Part shown: positions 8,688 through 18,672 of the stretch, piece after piece | Layout of the letters: each line of letters opens with the position of its first letter | Numbering within the stretch: the stretch's first letter is position 1 | Source: Bacteroidota bacterium | GTDB lineage: Bacteria; Bacteroidota; Ignavibacteria; Kryptoniales; JAKASW01 | Reading direction: 5' to 3' | DNA length: 64,000 nt | Assembly (NCBI GenBank): GCA_021789975.1 | Contig: JAJYIT010000013.1 | Span: 31,864 to 95,863, forward strand | Notes under the pieces: model-generated | Told to the model about the DNA's origin: nothing | The model's input: only the letters and a program-made list of their open reading frames with translations | The model's database searches: none | Made by a program: the position numbers and the translations under genes

Positions 8688-10763
8688 ATGTCCAAAAGGT
8701 ACTATGTCTTGGCGTTCCTGCTTATCTGCAGCCAAATCGCGTTTTCTCAAAACATCATGGTTGATGATTTTGAGCAATATGCAAACACGGATAGCCTTAA
8801 GACTATGTGGAGAGTCTTCGGGTACTCGTCTCTTGATTTCGGTCTGGTGAGCGACACTGTCAATTCACCACACGGCAACCAGTATCTCGAATACGTCTAC
8901 AGCGGCAATTCTCAGACTACCTGGGGGGGTGCTGTCGATATGAAAGGACTCGCGAACGCACCGCTAAATCTTTCTTCTGCGAACGCCGGATTGGAGTTTT
9001 ACGTGAAGGGAGACGGCAGCAGCAACAAGTTCTATGTTCAGATCAAAAACGGAACCAGCGCGTGGGTGTCAAACCTCTTTTCATTGAGCGATACAAACTG
9101 GCATCCGATTATTGTTCCGTTCGCAGTGGACACTTCAAACGGCTTCACTAACGGGAGTAAGAACCTTGCGAGCTTACAGGCTGACCTCATGCACGTCACC
9201 GATCTTGCCTTCTATGTGAGTCACCCGACGATCGACAATGTTACCCGCAGGATCTACTTCGACGCGATCTATGCCGTTCAACACTTGCCCCCTTCCAACG
9301 CAATCACGTTAGAAAACTGGGAGTCGTACCAGAATACCGATTCGCTCAAATTAGCTTGGCAGTTCTTCGGCTATTCGACTCTGGACTATGAGCTCCTTAA
9401 TGATCCGCAAAACGCTCCCACCGGCTTCAAGTATATCGACTACATGTACCAGGGTAACAACCAGACAACCTGGGGAGGGGCGATGAGAACTCGACATTTT
9501 ACTCCCACCAACCTGGATTCAATGAAGGGCATCCAATTCTATCTGAAGGGTGACGGCAGTACGAACCGCCTGAATTTTGTCTTCTACAGCGGCACGGACA
9601 TGTGGTCTTCATACTATACTCCGCTTGCAGACACGACCTGGCACCTGATCCGAATCCCGTTCATCGTCGACTCCACCAAAGGGTTCCGCTATCTTGGGAA
9701 TAACACGGGTTCTCCTGTGTACGGCTCTAACATCGGCACTATTGCCAAGCTCGATTCGGATTTGGCAAACGTCACTGAAATACGAATGTATGTTTACTTC
9801 CCGGTAATTGATTTTGTAAAGAACGTGATCTATGTCGGCGGCATATATGCCGTCAATCAATTCTCTCCGTATCCGCCTGTGACAGTTGACGACTTCGGAT
9901 CCTACGGGAGCACAAGCGATCTCCTTTCGGTATGGCAGCCGCTCGGTGATGCTAATACATCGCTTACGCTGACCTCGAATCCGGATTCCGTTGCTGTAGG
10001 AAGCGTCAATGCTGCCGTGATGACATACAAATGTGCACCCGGAACTCACTTCTCCTCCATGAACAAGGGAAACATTCTGCCTGCACTGAACTTGTCAACC
10101 TTGAGCGGAGGAATGCAATTCTGGCTGAAAGGCGACGGGACTTACAACAAGATTATCCTCAGGCTGTTTAACGGTTCTGAGATGTGGGCATCCAATGCGA
10201 TCACGCTGCACGACACAACCTGGCAGCTTCTGGGCATACCGTTCACCGCCGATTCGACCAGCGGTTTCAGATACCTGGGCAACGATCCGAATAATCCGAC
10301 ATGGTCGAGCAACGTAGGCACCACCCAGCAGTTGTATGGTGATCTTGCCAGCATCGATCAGGTTGTGTTTGAGGTTTTGAATCCCGCACCTGACAATACA
10401 CCGCACTCGGTTGTGATTGACGCCGTGCAGGGAGTTGACGCTTTCGCTTCGAACGCTGTCGCGACTGCGATAAATGGAACTCCGGTCCCGTCTGTGGCGA
10501 AACAGTTTTCGCTCCAGCAGAATTATCCGAATCCGTTCAACCCGAGCACGATTATTCAATACAACCTGCCGCAGCGCGGAGTGGTAACACTAAGAGTCTA
10601 CAATGTCCTGGGCCAGCTGGTTACAACTCTGGTCAACGGCATGCAGCAGGCCGGGGTACATACCGTTGCCTTCAACGGCGAGAGGCTCGCGAGCGGTGTC
10701 TACTTCTATTCGATCAGAGCCGGAAGCTTCATGTCCACGAAAAAGATGTTGTTCCTTAAGTAA
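8688..10763 (+). CDS. Secreted protein with three tandem ~190-aa CBM11/CIA30-like beta-sandwich repeats and a T9SS C-terminal sorting domain
   Basis: ATG 8688 is preceded by GAGGAG and followed by the signal peptide MSKRYYVLAFLLICSQIAFSQ. Three repeats begin DDFEQYANTDSLK, ENWESYQNTDSLK and DDFGSYGSTSDLL. The C-terminus is [15 protein letters not shown]...SGVYFYSIRAG...MLFLK. Confidence 0.8.
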   Translation: MSKRYYVLAFLLICSQIAFSQNIMVDDFEQYANTDSLKTMWRVFGYSSLDFGLVSDTVNSPHGNQYLEYVYSGNSQTTWGGAVDMKGLANAPLNLSSANAGLEFYVKGDGSSNKFYVQIKNGTSAWVSNLFSLSDTNWHPIIVPFAVDTSNGFTNGSKNLASLQADLMHVTDLAFYVSHPTIDNVTRRIYFDAIYAVQHLPPSNAITLENWESYQNTDSLKLAWQFFGYSTLDYELLNDPQNAPTGFKYIDYMYQGNNQTTWGGAMRTRHFTPTNLDSMKGIQFYLKGDGSTNRLNFVFYSGTDMWSSYYTPLADTTWHLIRIPFIVDSTKGFRYLGNNTGSPVYGSNIGTIAKLDSDLANVTEIRMYVYFPVIDFVKNVIYVGGIYAVNQFSPYPPVTVDDFGSYGSTSDLLSVWQPLGDANTSLTLTSNPDSVAVGSVNAAVMTYKCAPGTHFSSMNKGNILPALNLSTLSGGMQFWLKGDGTYNKIILRLFNGSEMWASNAITLHDTTWQLLGIPFTADSTSGFRYLGNDPNNPTWSSNVGTTQQLYGDLASIDQVVFEVLNPAPDNTPHSVVIDAVQGVDAFASNAVATAINGTPVPSVAKQFSLQQNYPNPFNPSTIIQYNLPQRGVVTLRVYNVLGQLVTTLVNGMQQAGVHTVAFNGERLASGVYFYSIRAGSFMSTKKMLFLK

Positions 10764-10773
10764 CCCGAGCAAA

Positions 10774-10806
10774 ATGTGCGACTCACTCAAAGGGTGAGTC
10801 GCACAT
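10774..10806 (+). terminator. Perfect 13-bp stem-loop between the cargo gene and the TonB-receptor gene (no U-tract)
   Basis: ATGTGCGACTCAC (10774-10786), 7-nt loop, GTGAGTCGCACAT (10794-10806). It lies 11 nt after the stop at 10763 and 24 nt before ATG 10830. Confidence 0.35.
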
Positions 10807-10829
10807 GTCATATCAGGTGGTGATGTTTC

Positions 10830-13784
10830 ATGACAGGTAAACAATCCGGGATTTTGCCGATGGCTCGCTGGCTCATTATTATCGCTTGCTTTGTAATGAT
10901 TCCAGGTTACATCCTTGCAGGACAAACCGGAAAGATAGCAGGCGTTGTCAGAGATGCGCAGACCGGCGAGGTGCTCGTCGGCGCGACAATTTCCGTTCAG
11001 GGTACACGATACGGAGCTTCGTCGGATGTCGATGGCAAATACTTCATTGTCGGCGTGCCGGAAGGCACCTACTGTGTAAAGGCGTTGTATGTCGGCTATG
11101 AATCAGTCCTGACTACAAATGTGGCCGTCAGCATCGACAGAACAACTCAGCTCGACTTCAAGCTTTCACCCAGCCAGTTATCAGGTAAAGAGGTGGTGGT
11201 TGTTGCGAAGCGACCGGCGATCGCGCTCGACGTAACTTCGAGCAGGCAGGACATAAGCCTCAAGACCGTCGAGAATGCGCCGCTCACGGACTTCAACAGT
11301 ATGTTAAACCTGCAGGCGGGGGTGGTATTTCAGAATACTGCAAACGACGTCGCGGAGCAAATGACTCCCAGACTGTCGATACGTGGTGGTACAAGTGTCG
11401 GAGTCTACGTCGATGGAATGAATACTACCGAGGGGATCTACAGCGGAAGCCTGACGAACTTCAACCTGAGCGAGGTAAAGTCCGTCGAGATACTGACAGG
11501 AGGCTTCGATGCTGAGTATGGCAACGCTCGGTCCGGCATAATCAACGTCATAACAAAGGACGGCGGAAGCAAATATCATTTCAGCTTCGATTACAAAATT
11601 ACTCCGGCCCAACTGAAATACTTCGGTCCAAGCATCTATGACACGAGGTATGCACCCGAATGGCAATTGTACGGCACGCCGCAAGCTCTGAATACTTACT
11701 GGAAATTGTGGGCGGCAAGTCCTCTCGATACGACATTTCACTTTACCCCAGCCCAGGCCCAGCAAGTCTGGGAATGGCAGCATCGTCCGAGAGCAGATGG
11801 GAACAAGCCGGACCAGATCGTCGACGCATCGGTAAGCGGCCCTTTCCCGATTATCAGCCAGCTCGGATTGGTGAAGAACGTCTCGTTCTTTACGAGCCTG
11901 AGATATTCCTACATTTATTTCGCGGTGCCGCTCGCGCGCCCGGGCGATGAAAACCTGAACTGGTTTTGGAAAGTTACCTCACAGCCGACGGGTACTACGA
12001 AGCTGACTCTCGAAGGCGGCTACCAGGCGGACTACTCCGGTACTACTTACAACACACCCGAAGTCTCGGTCAGCTCCCCGATTCAGGCGATCTACTATCT
12101 TCAATATTACGGCAACAAGTACAACGACGGCAAGAATTCCGATGCCGACCGTTACAGGAATCAATTCGGGTTTTCGTTGAACCAGGTGTTCTCCCAGAAT
12201 ACTTATATGGACCTCAATGTGAATTACACTTTGAGGCGATCTTACGCTTATCCGCCGCCGTTCAGGACAAACGCTCCGACGTTCAGCATCGGGGGCTTTA
12301 CGTTCGATGGCGCTCCCCAGGAGGGATGGAATCCATATCCGAAGTACGGCGACTTCGGCGGCCAGGAGTCGCTAATCGGCGACACCACCCAGGGCTACTA
12401 CTTCAGCATGGGAGGCGGCCAGCAAACCCAGCGGGACTCTTCGAGAGAAATACTCCTGACTTCAAGAGTCGATCTCGTTAGCCAGATCGGCGACTACAAC
12501 CAGGTCAAGACCGGGCTCCAGTTCAACATGGATGACATGCACGAGAACAGTGGAATTGTTATCCTTTCGCCTCCCCTCATCAAATTCAACGTATTCCATC
12601 GTACCCCGATAATCGCCGCGTATTATGCCCAGGACAAAATCGAGTTCAAAGGAATGATAGCGAATCTCGGCATCAGGCTCGATTACATGGACCGGGGCGG
12701 CGGCTATTACACCGACCCTTACTCGGCCGACTTCTATGTCGACAGCTTGAATCTTGTACCAACCGCCAATATCAAACCGTTCTTCTTCGTGAGTCCCAGG
12801 ATCGGCATTTCGCATCCGATCACCGACAGGAGTAAGCTATTTTTCAACTACGGCTACTTCTACAGCGAACCTGATGTCAACTATCTTTATGTGCAGGGAG
12901 AGACGAGCGGGGGAGTCATCAACATCGTCCCGAACGCCAACCTTAAGCCCGAGAGGACAATAGCTTACGAAGTCGGATTTGAACAGCAATTGGGGAACGA
13001 TTATCTGTTCCATATCTCCGGGTACTACCGCGACATAACGAACCAGATACTCGAGGTCCAGTATGCTTCGATGGCAGGGAACGTGATTTCTTCCTATGCG
13101 AACGGAAGCTATTCCAACGTCCGCGGATTTGATGTCGATCTGGAAAAGAGTCTGGGCACATTCTTTACCGGCAGCCTGAGTTTGGATTATTACCTGATGT
13201 CTTCCGGAAGCGTGGGAAACGACGTTGTCTACCAGAGTGTTCTGCAGACTCCAACACCGGCGACTGCACAGCAGGCGACGCCCGGTTCGAATTACACTTT
13301 CCTTGCAGATGTCGACCTGCACACTCCTCAAAAATGGGGACCGAAAGTCCTCGGTTCGTACCCATTGTCTGAGTGGACATTGAGCATAACGCATCAGTTG
13401 AGAAGCGGTCCGACATTTACCTGGAATCCTAACAACCTCCCTTATGTCCAGAACAACGTGAAATGGAGAGATCATCAGGAGACGGATCTGAAGCTTACAA
13501 GGACATTCGCATTTGGTGGACGATCATTCAGCCTTTATGCCGACGTGTACAACGTCTTCAATCGGAAGGAGCTGACATGGTACATGCGCTCGCTTCTTCT
13601 CCCGAATCTTAGAGACTGGACTAACTATATGAACTCACTTCACCTGCCGGGTGATGGTGGAACTGATGAGCCGGGCGATTATAAGCAATCATATATCCAG
13701 CTTCCGCCTCCGGGGGACTTCCCGACCCAGCTCCTTTTCCTTAACCCAAGGACCTATGATCTTGGAATACATGTGGCGTTCTAA
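10830..13784 (+). CDS. TonB-dependent outer-membrane receptor with N-terminal carboxypeptidase-regulatory-like domain
   Basis: Signal peptide, then the CarboxypepD_reg motif GKIAGVVRDAQTGEVLVGATISVQGT..DGKYFIVGVPEGTY. A plug region and a long beta-barrel follow, ending in a terminal aromatic residue (..GIHVAF). Confidence 0.85.
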   Translation: MTGKQSGILPMARWLIIIACFVMIPGYILAGQTGKIAGVVRDAQTGEVLVGATISVQGTRYGASSDVDGKYFIVGVPEGTYCVKALYVGYESVLTTNVAVSIDRTTQLDFKLSPSQLSGKEVVVVAKRPAIALDVTSSRQDISLKTVENAPLTDFNSMLNLQAGVVFQNTANDVAEQMTPRLSIRGGTSVGVYVDGMNTTEGIYSGSLTNFNLSEVKSVEILTGGFDAEYGNARSGIINVITKDGGSKYHFSFDYKITPAQLKYFGPSIYDTRYAPEWQLYGTPQALNTYWKLWAASPLDTTFHFTPAQAQQVWEWQHRPRADGNKPDQIVDASVSGPFPIISQLGLVKNVSFFTSLRYSYIYFAVPLARPGDENLNWFWKVTSQPTGTTKLTLEGGYQADYSGTTYNTPEVSVSSPIQAIYYLQYYGNKYNDGKNSDADRYRNQFGFSLNQVFSQNTYMDLNVNYTLRRSYAYPPPFRTNAPTFSIGGFTFDGAPQEGWNPYPKYGDFGGQESLIGDTTQGYYFSMGGGQQTQRDSSREILLTSRVDLVSQIGDYNQVKTGLQFNMDDMHENSGIVILSPPLIKFNVFHRTPIIAAYYAQDKIEFKGMIANLGIRLDYMDRGGGYYTDPYSADFYVDSLNLVPTANIKPFFFVSPRIGISHPITDRSKLFFNYGYFYSEPDVNYLYVQGETSGGVINIVPNANLKPERTIAYEVGFEQQLGNDYLFHISGYYRDITNQILEVQYASMAGNVISSYANGSYSNVRGFDVDLEKSLGTFFTGSLSLDYYLMSSGSVGNDVVYQSVLQTPTPATAQQATPGSNYTFLADVDLHTPQKWGPKVLGSYPLSEWTLSITHQLRSGPTFTWNPNNLPYVQNNVKWRDHQETDLKLTRTFAFGGRSFSLYADVYNVFNRKELTWYMRSLLLPNLRDWTNYMNSLHLPGDGGTDEPGDYKQSYIQLPPPGDFPTQLLFLNPRTYDLGIHVAF

Positions 13785-13803
13785 TTCTGACAAGGTAATC
13801 GAA

Positions 13804-15759
13804 ATGATGCGACGGACGAAAATTCTCGGATTGCTGATCTTTGCCATTCTCGTCGATATCGGTCAGGCACAGACGAATTTTCAGTTTCACATTAACCACA
13901 TCGCCACCGAAGTCACAAACAACGGAGCGATGTTGTGGAGGAACAACGCCTACTTGCAGACCACCTGGCCCTACTACTCCCGGTACTTCGACCTGGCATC
14001 GAGAACTTACTACCAGGAGTCGTGGGGTGTCTGGGTCGGCGCGCAAAACTTTATCGGAGTAAACGACAGCATACCATCCACGGCAGTCGTCGCTTCCGGC
14101 AACTTCATGATAGACTATAACGACATAGTCCCGCTCAGCCTCCAGGAAAGGGTGAAGTACCCATACCCGGTCGTTCGCGTTACCGACGGAGTCAATTCCC
14201 AAAGTGAGGTATACGACAATGCCGTTGTCGTCCCATCTTTGACTTGCGATGAGCAAATTGAAAGCGATTGGACCACGTCGCTCGGCATCACCGTTCAACT
14301 GAAGACTTATGCTTACGCATCCGCGCCAAATCAGAATTACATCATATACGACTACAAGTTCATTAATACGGGCAACGTGGATTCCAATCCGAACACGAAA
14401 GAGCTTAAACGCAAACTTACGGGCGTCTGGTTTGGATTTCCCTTCTCGACAGACATCAAGCCGAAGTTCGGTGGAAAAGACTACAACGATTATTACCGGT
14501 ACTACGGAGCTTCCTTTGGAAATTGGGTGAACGGTGATAAGACTGCTGACTCTGCGAGAGTCTTGTATTGCTGGAACGGACCGACTGGGAGTACAAATGA
14601 ATACTATCCGGATCCGGTAACCAGGCAGCCGCAGATGCCGGGATTTTACGGAGTGGGAGTGTTGCACGCAGACAGCGTGGCAAATCTCGGGTTCGGTGCG
14701 AATGATGATGCGAGCCAGCCCCGCACCGTCTCGACGAGTTCTTCGGATGTTACCAGCGGTCCGAGCCGCTACCAGGCTCTCTCACAGGGCGGCAGCTCCG
14801 ATATCAACGGTATCGGCGCCGAGAATTTGATGCTGGGTTTCGGGCCCTACGACATGGGCATAAACCAGGATGTCGAAATCGTCCTGGTACAGATAATAGA
14901 CGGCATTTCACCCGAGGTCGGCAAGTCTCTCGGCATGCAGCTGCTCAGCGGACAAATTACGCAGGACCAGTATCTCCAGGAGATCAGAACGGGGAAGGAT
15001 TCACTTTTCAAGTCGTTGTATAACGCACAACTGGCTTACAATCACGGCTACAGGATTCCACTCCCCCCGCCTTCGCCGGATTCATTGACCATAACCACGG
15101 GAATCGGCAGGAATACCCTGAACTGGTCATCGAATGCAGAGAACTCGACCGATCCGCTGACGCATGTCAGAGACTTCAGTGGTTACCGTGTCTACCGGGC
15201 CGCGATCTCTCCCGAAAACACATGGGAGAAAATTTTTGAATGCGGTGGAAATAGCGGAGTGCCGATCACCCATACTTTCGTCGATACAAATCTGATTCTC
15301 GGGTTCAATTACTATTACGCAGTTACTGCATTCGATGATGGAAGACAAAATAGCTTTTATCCCGGAGTCTCGCTTGAAAGCTCGTGTCTGACTTCGACGG
15401 CCTACATCGGAGCTGCGGCTGCAAGACCGCCTGCGACAACAGAGCAAGGATTTCAGCAAAATATCAGAGTGGTTCCGAATCCGTTCAACATCAAATCCCA
15501 GAACTTTGGCAATCCGTACGATCCCAACAGCACGGAGAATAACAAGCTCCTCTTTGTCGGTTTGCCGGGACAGTGTACCATCAAGATATACACGGTTTAC
15601 GGGGACCTCGTGAAGACGATTTACCATACAAACGGCCTCGGGTCCGAGTCGTGGAACCAGATTACAGACTCCAATCAATTTATCGTGAGCGGACTCTACA
15701 TAGCGGCGATCCAGTCAAAACTTGGCAACGCCATCGTCAAATTTGTGGTGATAAGATGA
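13804..15759 (+). CDS. Hypothetical secreted protein partnered with the TonB receptor; C-terminal FlgD-Ig/T9SS-CTD-like beta-sandwich
   Basis: ATG 13804 gives the signal peptide MMRRTKILGLLIFAILVDIGQAQ; the ORF-track start 13651 lies inside the receptor gene. The C-terminus VVPNPFNIKS...CTIKIYTVYGDLVKT...SGLYIAAIQ resembles a CTD-like fold. There is no SusD-like TPR signature. Confidence 0.7.
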   Translation: MMRRTKILGLLIFAILVDIGQAQTNFQFHINHIATEVTNNGAMLWRNNAYLQTTWPYYSRYFDLASRTYYQESWGVWVGAQNFIGVNDSIPSTAVVASGNFMIDYNDIVPLSLQERVKYPYPVVRVTDGVNSQSEVYDNAVVVPSLTCDEQIESDWTTSLGITVQLKTYAYASAPNQNYIIYDYKFINTGNVDSNPNTKELKRKLTGVWFGFPFSTDIKPKFGGKDYNDYYRYYGASFGNWVNGDKTADSARVLYCWNGPTGSTNEYYPDPVTRQPQMPGFYGVGVLHADSVANLGFGANDDASQPRTVSTSSSDVTSGPSRYQALSQGGSSDINGIGAENLMLGFGPYDMGINQDVEIVLVQIIDGISPEVGKSLGMQLLSGQITQDQYLQEIRTGKDSLFKSLYNAQLAYNHGYRIPLPPPSPDSLTITTGIGRNTLNWSSNAENSTDPLTHVRDFSGYRVYRAAISPENTWEKIFECGGNSGVPITHTFVDTNLILGFNYYYAVTAFDDGRQNSFYPGVSLESSCLTSTAYIGAAAARPPATTEQGFQQNIRVVPNPFNIKSQNFGNPYDPNSTENNKLLFVGLPGQCTIKIYTVYGDLVKTIYHTNGLGSESWNQITDSNQFIVSGLYIAAIQSKLGNAIVKFVVIR

Positions 15760-16787
15760 AGAACCTTCCGGTACTCATTGCTTGTGTAGTTTCTCTTTCG
15801 ATCGTCGTTCTGCCGGATGCCCTTAAAGCACAGGGCAACTTCACCCAGGTGGCTCAAAGTGGAATGCAGTATCTGAAGATCGGCGTGGACGCCGCCATGG
15901 TTGGTAGAGGTGAGGCTGGAATCTCTTACGTCAAGGGAGTCCCTGCTATCTTCTGGAACCCGGCGGGTCTTGCAGATCTGCAGGGCAAAGAGTTTTACTT
16001 CTCTCACAATTTGTGGATTGCCGATATCTCGATGGATGCCGTTGCCCTGGGTCTAAACATGGGCAACAATGGAGCTTTCGCATTGAGCGCGATATGGATG
16101 GATTATGGAAAGCTGAATGCGACTGCCGTTGCGAATTCCGTTGCGGGGGCGAACCAGCTCGGGTACGTGGATGAGGGAACGTTCTCACCTACGGACCTCG
16201 CCATAGGGCTGGCATACTCGCTAAGAATCTCCGAGCAGTTCTCAGTCGGTGGTCAGGTCAGGTTCCTTTACGAAAACTACGGACAAAACACGATCGTGAC
16301 TCAGAGCGGCGCGAGCCAGAATGTCAGCAACATAGTGCAGACTTTTTCCTTCGACATGGGCACTCTCTACTACCCGGGGTTCAAGAGTTTTGCCTTCGCC
16401 ATGTCGATCCAGAACTTTTCACCCGCGATCAAGTACCAGGAAGAAGCCTTCAGCACGCCGCTCACCTTCAAGCTTGGCGTGTCGATGAACATGCTCGATC
16501 TGCTGGAAGAGAAACCTAAAAGCTCGCTCCTCCTCGCCGTAGATGCGATCCATCCGCGGGATTATTCCGAAAGGTTGAATGTTGGACTGGAGTACAGTTA
16601 TCTTGGACTCTTCCAGGTCCGTGCCGGCTACAGGTCGAACTACGACGTCGGCAATTACACGACCGGAGTCGGAATAAGGTATTCGTTTTCAAATGAGACT
16701 CAGATCAATCTTGACGTGAGCTACATGATTAACGCCACCGGGATATTCTCCAATCCGCTTCAGATAACTGCAGGATTGATGTTCTAG
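15756..16787 (+). CDS. PorV/PorQ-family outer-membrane beta-barrel protein (T9SS-associated family)
   Basis: ATG 15756 overlaps the preceding stop as ATGA. Signal peptide MKNLPVLIACVVSLSIVVLPDALKAQ. MQYLKIGVDAAMVGRGEAG...IFWNPAGLA matches the PorV/PorQ N-terminal pattern (from memory). Terminal F. Confidence 0.6.
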   Translation: MKNLPVLIACVVSLSIVVLPDALKAQGNFTQVAQSGMQYLKIGVDAAMVGRGEAGISYVKGVPAIFWNPAGLADLQGKEFYFSHNLWIADISMDAVALGLNMGNNGAFALSAIWMDYGKLNATAVANSVAGANQLGYVDEGTFSPTDLAIGLAYSLRISEQFSVGGQVRFLYENYGQNTIVTQSGASQNVSNIVQTFSFDMGTLYYPGFKSFAFAMSIQNFSPAIKYQEEAFSTPLTFKLGVSMNMLDLLEEKPKSSLLLAVDAIHPRDYSERLNVGLEYSYLGLFQVRAGYRSNYDVGNYTTGVGIRYSFSNETQINLDVSYMINATGIFSNPLQITAGLMF

Positions 16788-16950
16788 ATGTGTCGTCGAA
16801 TGTTTTGGAAAAAAAATCCTGGGGCATAATGTTTTGCTGAGAATGCACAGAGTCACACCAGAGGTTGTTGATTGTGAAACTTGAAACGTGCTTCGTGCGA
16901 CTTCTTAATGTGTCTTCCCCGAAGTTCCGCTGTTAGTCAACAGAGCCGCA

Positions 16951-18672
16951 ATGAATGGAATCAATACGATGCTTTTCACGAAGAGCAAGTCTGTAAGTGT
17001 CCTCCTATGCGCTTTGACTCTCTTTGTCTCAGCAGCGACGGCCCACCCCACCGATAAGCTTCCACGCAAGCCTCTGATCGTGTTCCATCTCGACATGAAC
17101 TCGGTCGCTCTTAGACCGGAATACATTCGCAAGTGGCTGAAGCGCGCAGCAGACATGGGATATAATGCGGTATTGTGGGAAGTCGAAGGCAAAGTGAAGT
17201 GGAAGACCTGCCCCGAGTGTGTCAGCCCTGACGCGTTTTCAAAGAAGACTTTCCGAAAGCTGCTTGCTTATTCCAGGTCACTCGGGCTGGAGCCGATACC
17301 GCTTCTACAAACCGTCGGTCATGCCGAATACGTGCTTAGACATAAGAAGTACTTTTCATTCAGAGAGGACCCGGAAAGGTACGACTGTTACGCTACGTGC
17401 AAACCGGAGGTGAGGAAGTTCATCGAGAAGTGGATCCATGAATATCTCCGATTGTTCGGTCACGTAAAGTATTTCCACCTGGGCGGGGATGAAGCTTACG
17501 CCTTCGCCACCAGCCCGGCATGTGCCCGCGACGCAAAGACAATCGGGAAAGGGAAACTTTACGCGGAGTACATGAAAAAGATTGCAGCTCCGCTTATCAA
17601 GAGAGGGATTCGCCCGTGCATCTGGGGCGACATGGCATTGAAGTACCCGGACGCCTTCACAGTTCTGCCCAGGAATTTCGTCATATGGGATTGGAACTAC
17701 TGGGATACTGACACTTCTCCTCGAAAGGTCATGCTATGGAACCAAAGCAGGATGGTGACTGCGGAACAGCTCACTCCGCAAGACAAAGAACTCTTCCCCC
17801 AGATAATCGATCATGATGGGAACCTCAGACCATTCTACACCGCAGACTATCTGATGAATCTTGGATACGACGTGGTACTCAGCAGCTCGGCAAGATCGTA
17901 CGGCGACGGAGTCTTTGCCGGGAGAGAATATGTCCACGCGTTGAATATTATCGGAGCAGCGAAAAAAACAGTCGCGGACAACTTGCTCGGGACATGCGTG
18001 ACGAGCTGGGCAGTGCGAATTCCAAACTACGAAACACAGGAGACATGGCTGTATCTCGCTCCCCTTACGATGGCGAACAGCCGCCTGTCCGACGAACAGC
18101 TCATTGCACGAAGTGCCGAGTATGTCTTCGGGGACTCCAGCAATGAAATCGTTCGCGCCCTCGCGGATGTCGGCTATCCCTTTCCGTTCGGCGATGACAA
18201 CACGACCGGGATAATGTGGACCGGGATGAAAGACTCGCGTCCTGCGCCACCGGGGTACATCGACAGCCTGATCGGAGCATGGAGGAAATTGGACGACGGA
18301 GCGAGATGGGATGAAAACGTGCGAACAATTGACTCGGCCGGAAAGAAGATCGAACGTGGTATGGAAGAGCTGGATGATTTTATACCGAAAGTGACAAAAG
18401 GTTTCGATGCACTCTATTCATGGAGGAAAGCCGCATACTTCCAGTATTGGGGATGGGTAATTGCGAACGATATCGTCAGGAATGAAAACGGCCATCTCCA
18501 TTCAAATCCGAGAAAGATTATTGCCTTGTTGAGACGATTGAAATCCGACTACATTCACTGGGCGAAATCATGGATGACTCCAGCATCAGCAAATCAGAAC
18601 GCCGGTCTTATATATGATGCACTGATTGACTATTTCTCAAATGTGCCGGCTGGAGGAACGAAACCTGAATGA
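16951..18672 (+). CDS. GH20-like (beta-N-acetylhexosaminidase-like) TIM-barrel glycosidase, secreted
   Basis: Signal peptide present. FHLDMNSV...GYNAVLWE and the GH20-type catalytic motif YFHLGGDEA. Confidence 0.6.
   Translation: MNGINTMLFTKSKSVSVLLCALTLFVSAATAHPTDKLPRKPLIVFHLDMNSVALRPEYIRKWLKRAADMGYNAVLWEVEGKVKWKTCPECVSPDAFSKKTFRKLLAYSRSLGLEPIPLLQTVGHAEYVLRHKKYFSFREDPERYDCYATCKPEVRKFIEKWIHEYLRLFGHVKYFHLGGDEAYAFATSPACARDAKTIGKGKLYAEYMKKIAAPLIKRGIRPCIWGDMALKYPDAFTVLPRNFVIWDWNYWDTDTSPRKVMLWNQSRMVTAEQLTPQDKELFPQIIDHDGNLRPFYTADYLMNLGYDVVLSSSARSYGDGVFAGREYVHALNIIGAAKKTVADNLLGTCVTSWAVRIPNYETQETWLYLAPLTMANSRLSDEQLIARSAEYVFGDSSNEIVRALADVGYPFPFGDDNTTGIMWTGMKDSRPAPPGYIDSLIGAWRKLDDGARWDENVRTIDSAGKKIERGMEELDDFIPKVTKGFDALYSWRKAAYFQYWGWVIANDIVRNENGHLHSNPRKIIALLRRLKSDYIHWAKSWMTPASANQNAGLIYDALIDYFSNVPAGGTKPE

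Noticed and set aside
13741-14667. Long antisense ORFs: 13741-14667 (-, 308 aa), 19026-19772 (-), 44698-45384 (-), 60003-60689 (-), 61048-61779 (-), 56601-57257 (+), and others.
   Set aside because: Each lies fully inside, and antisense to, a gene with strong family motifs. Their products are Arg/Ser/Pro-rich and low in complexity, with no recognisable domains or start context. This is typical of shadow ORFs in ~50% GC DNA.
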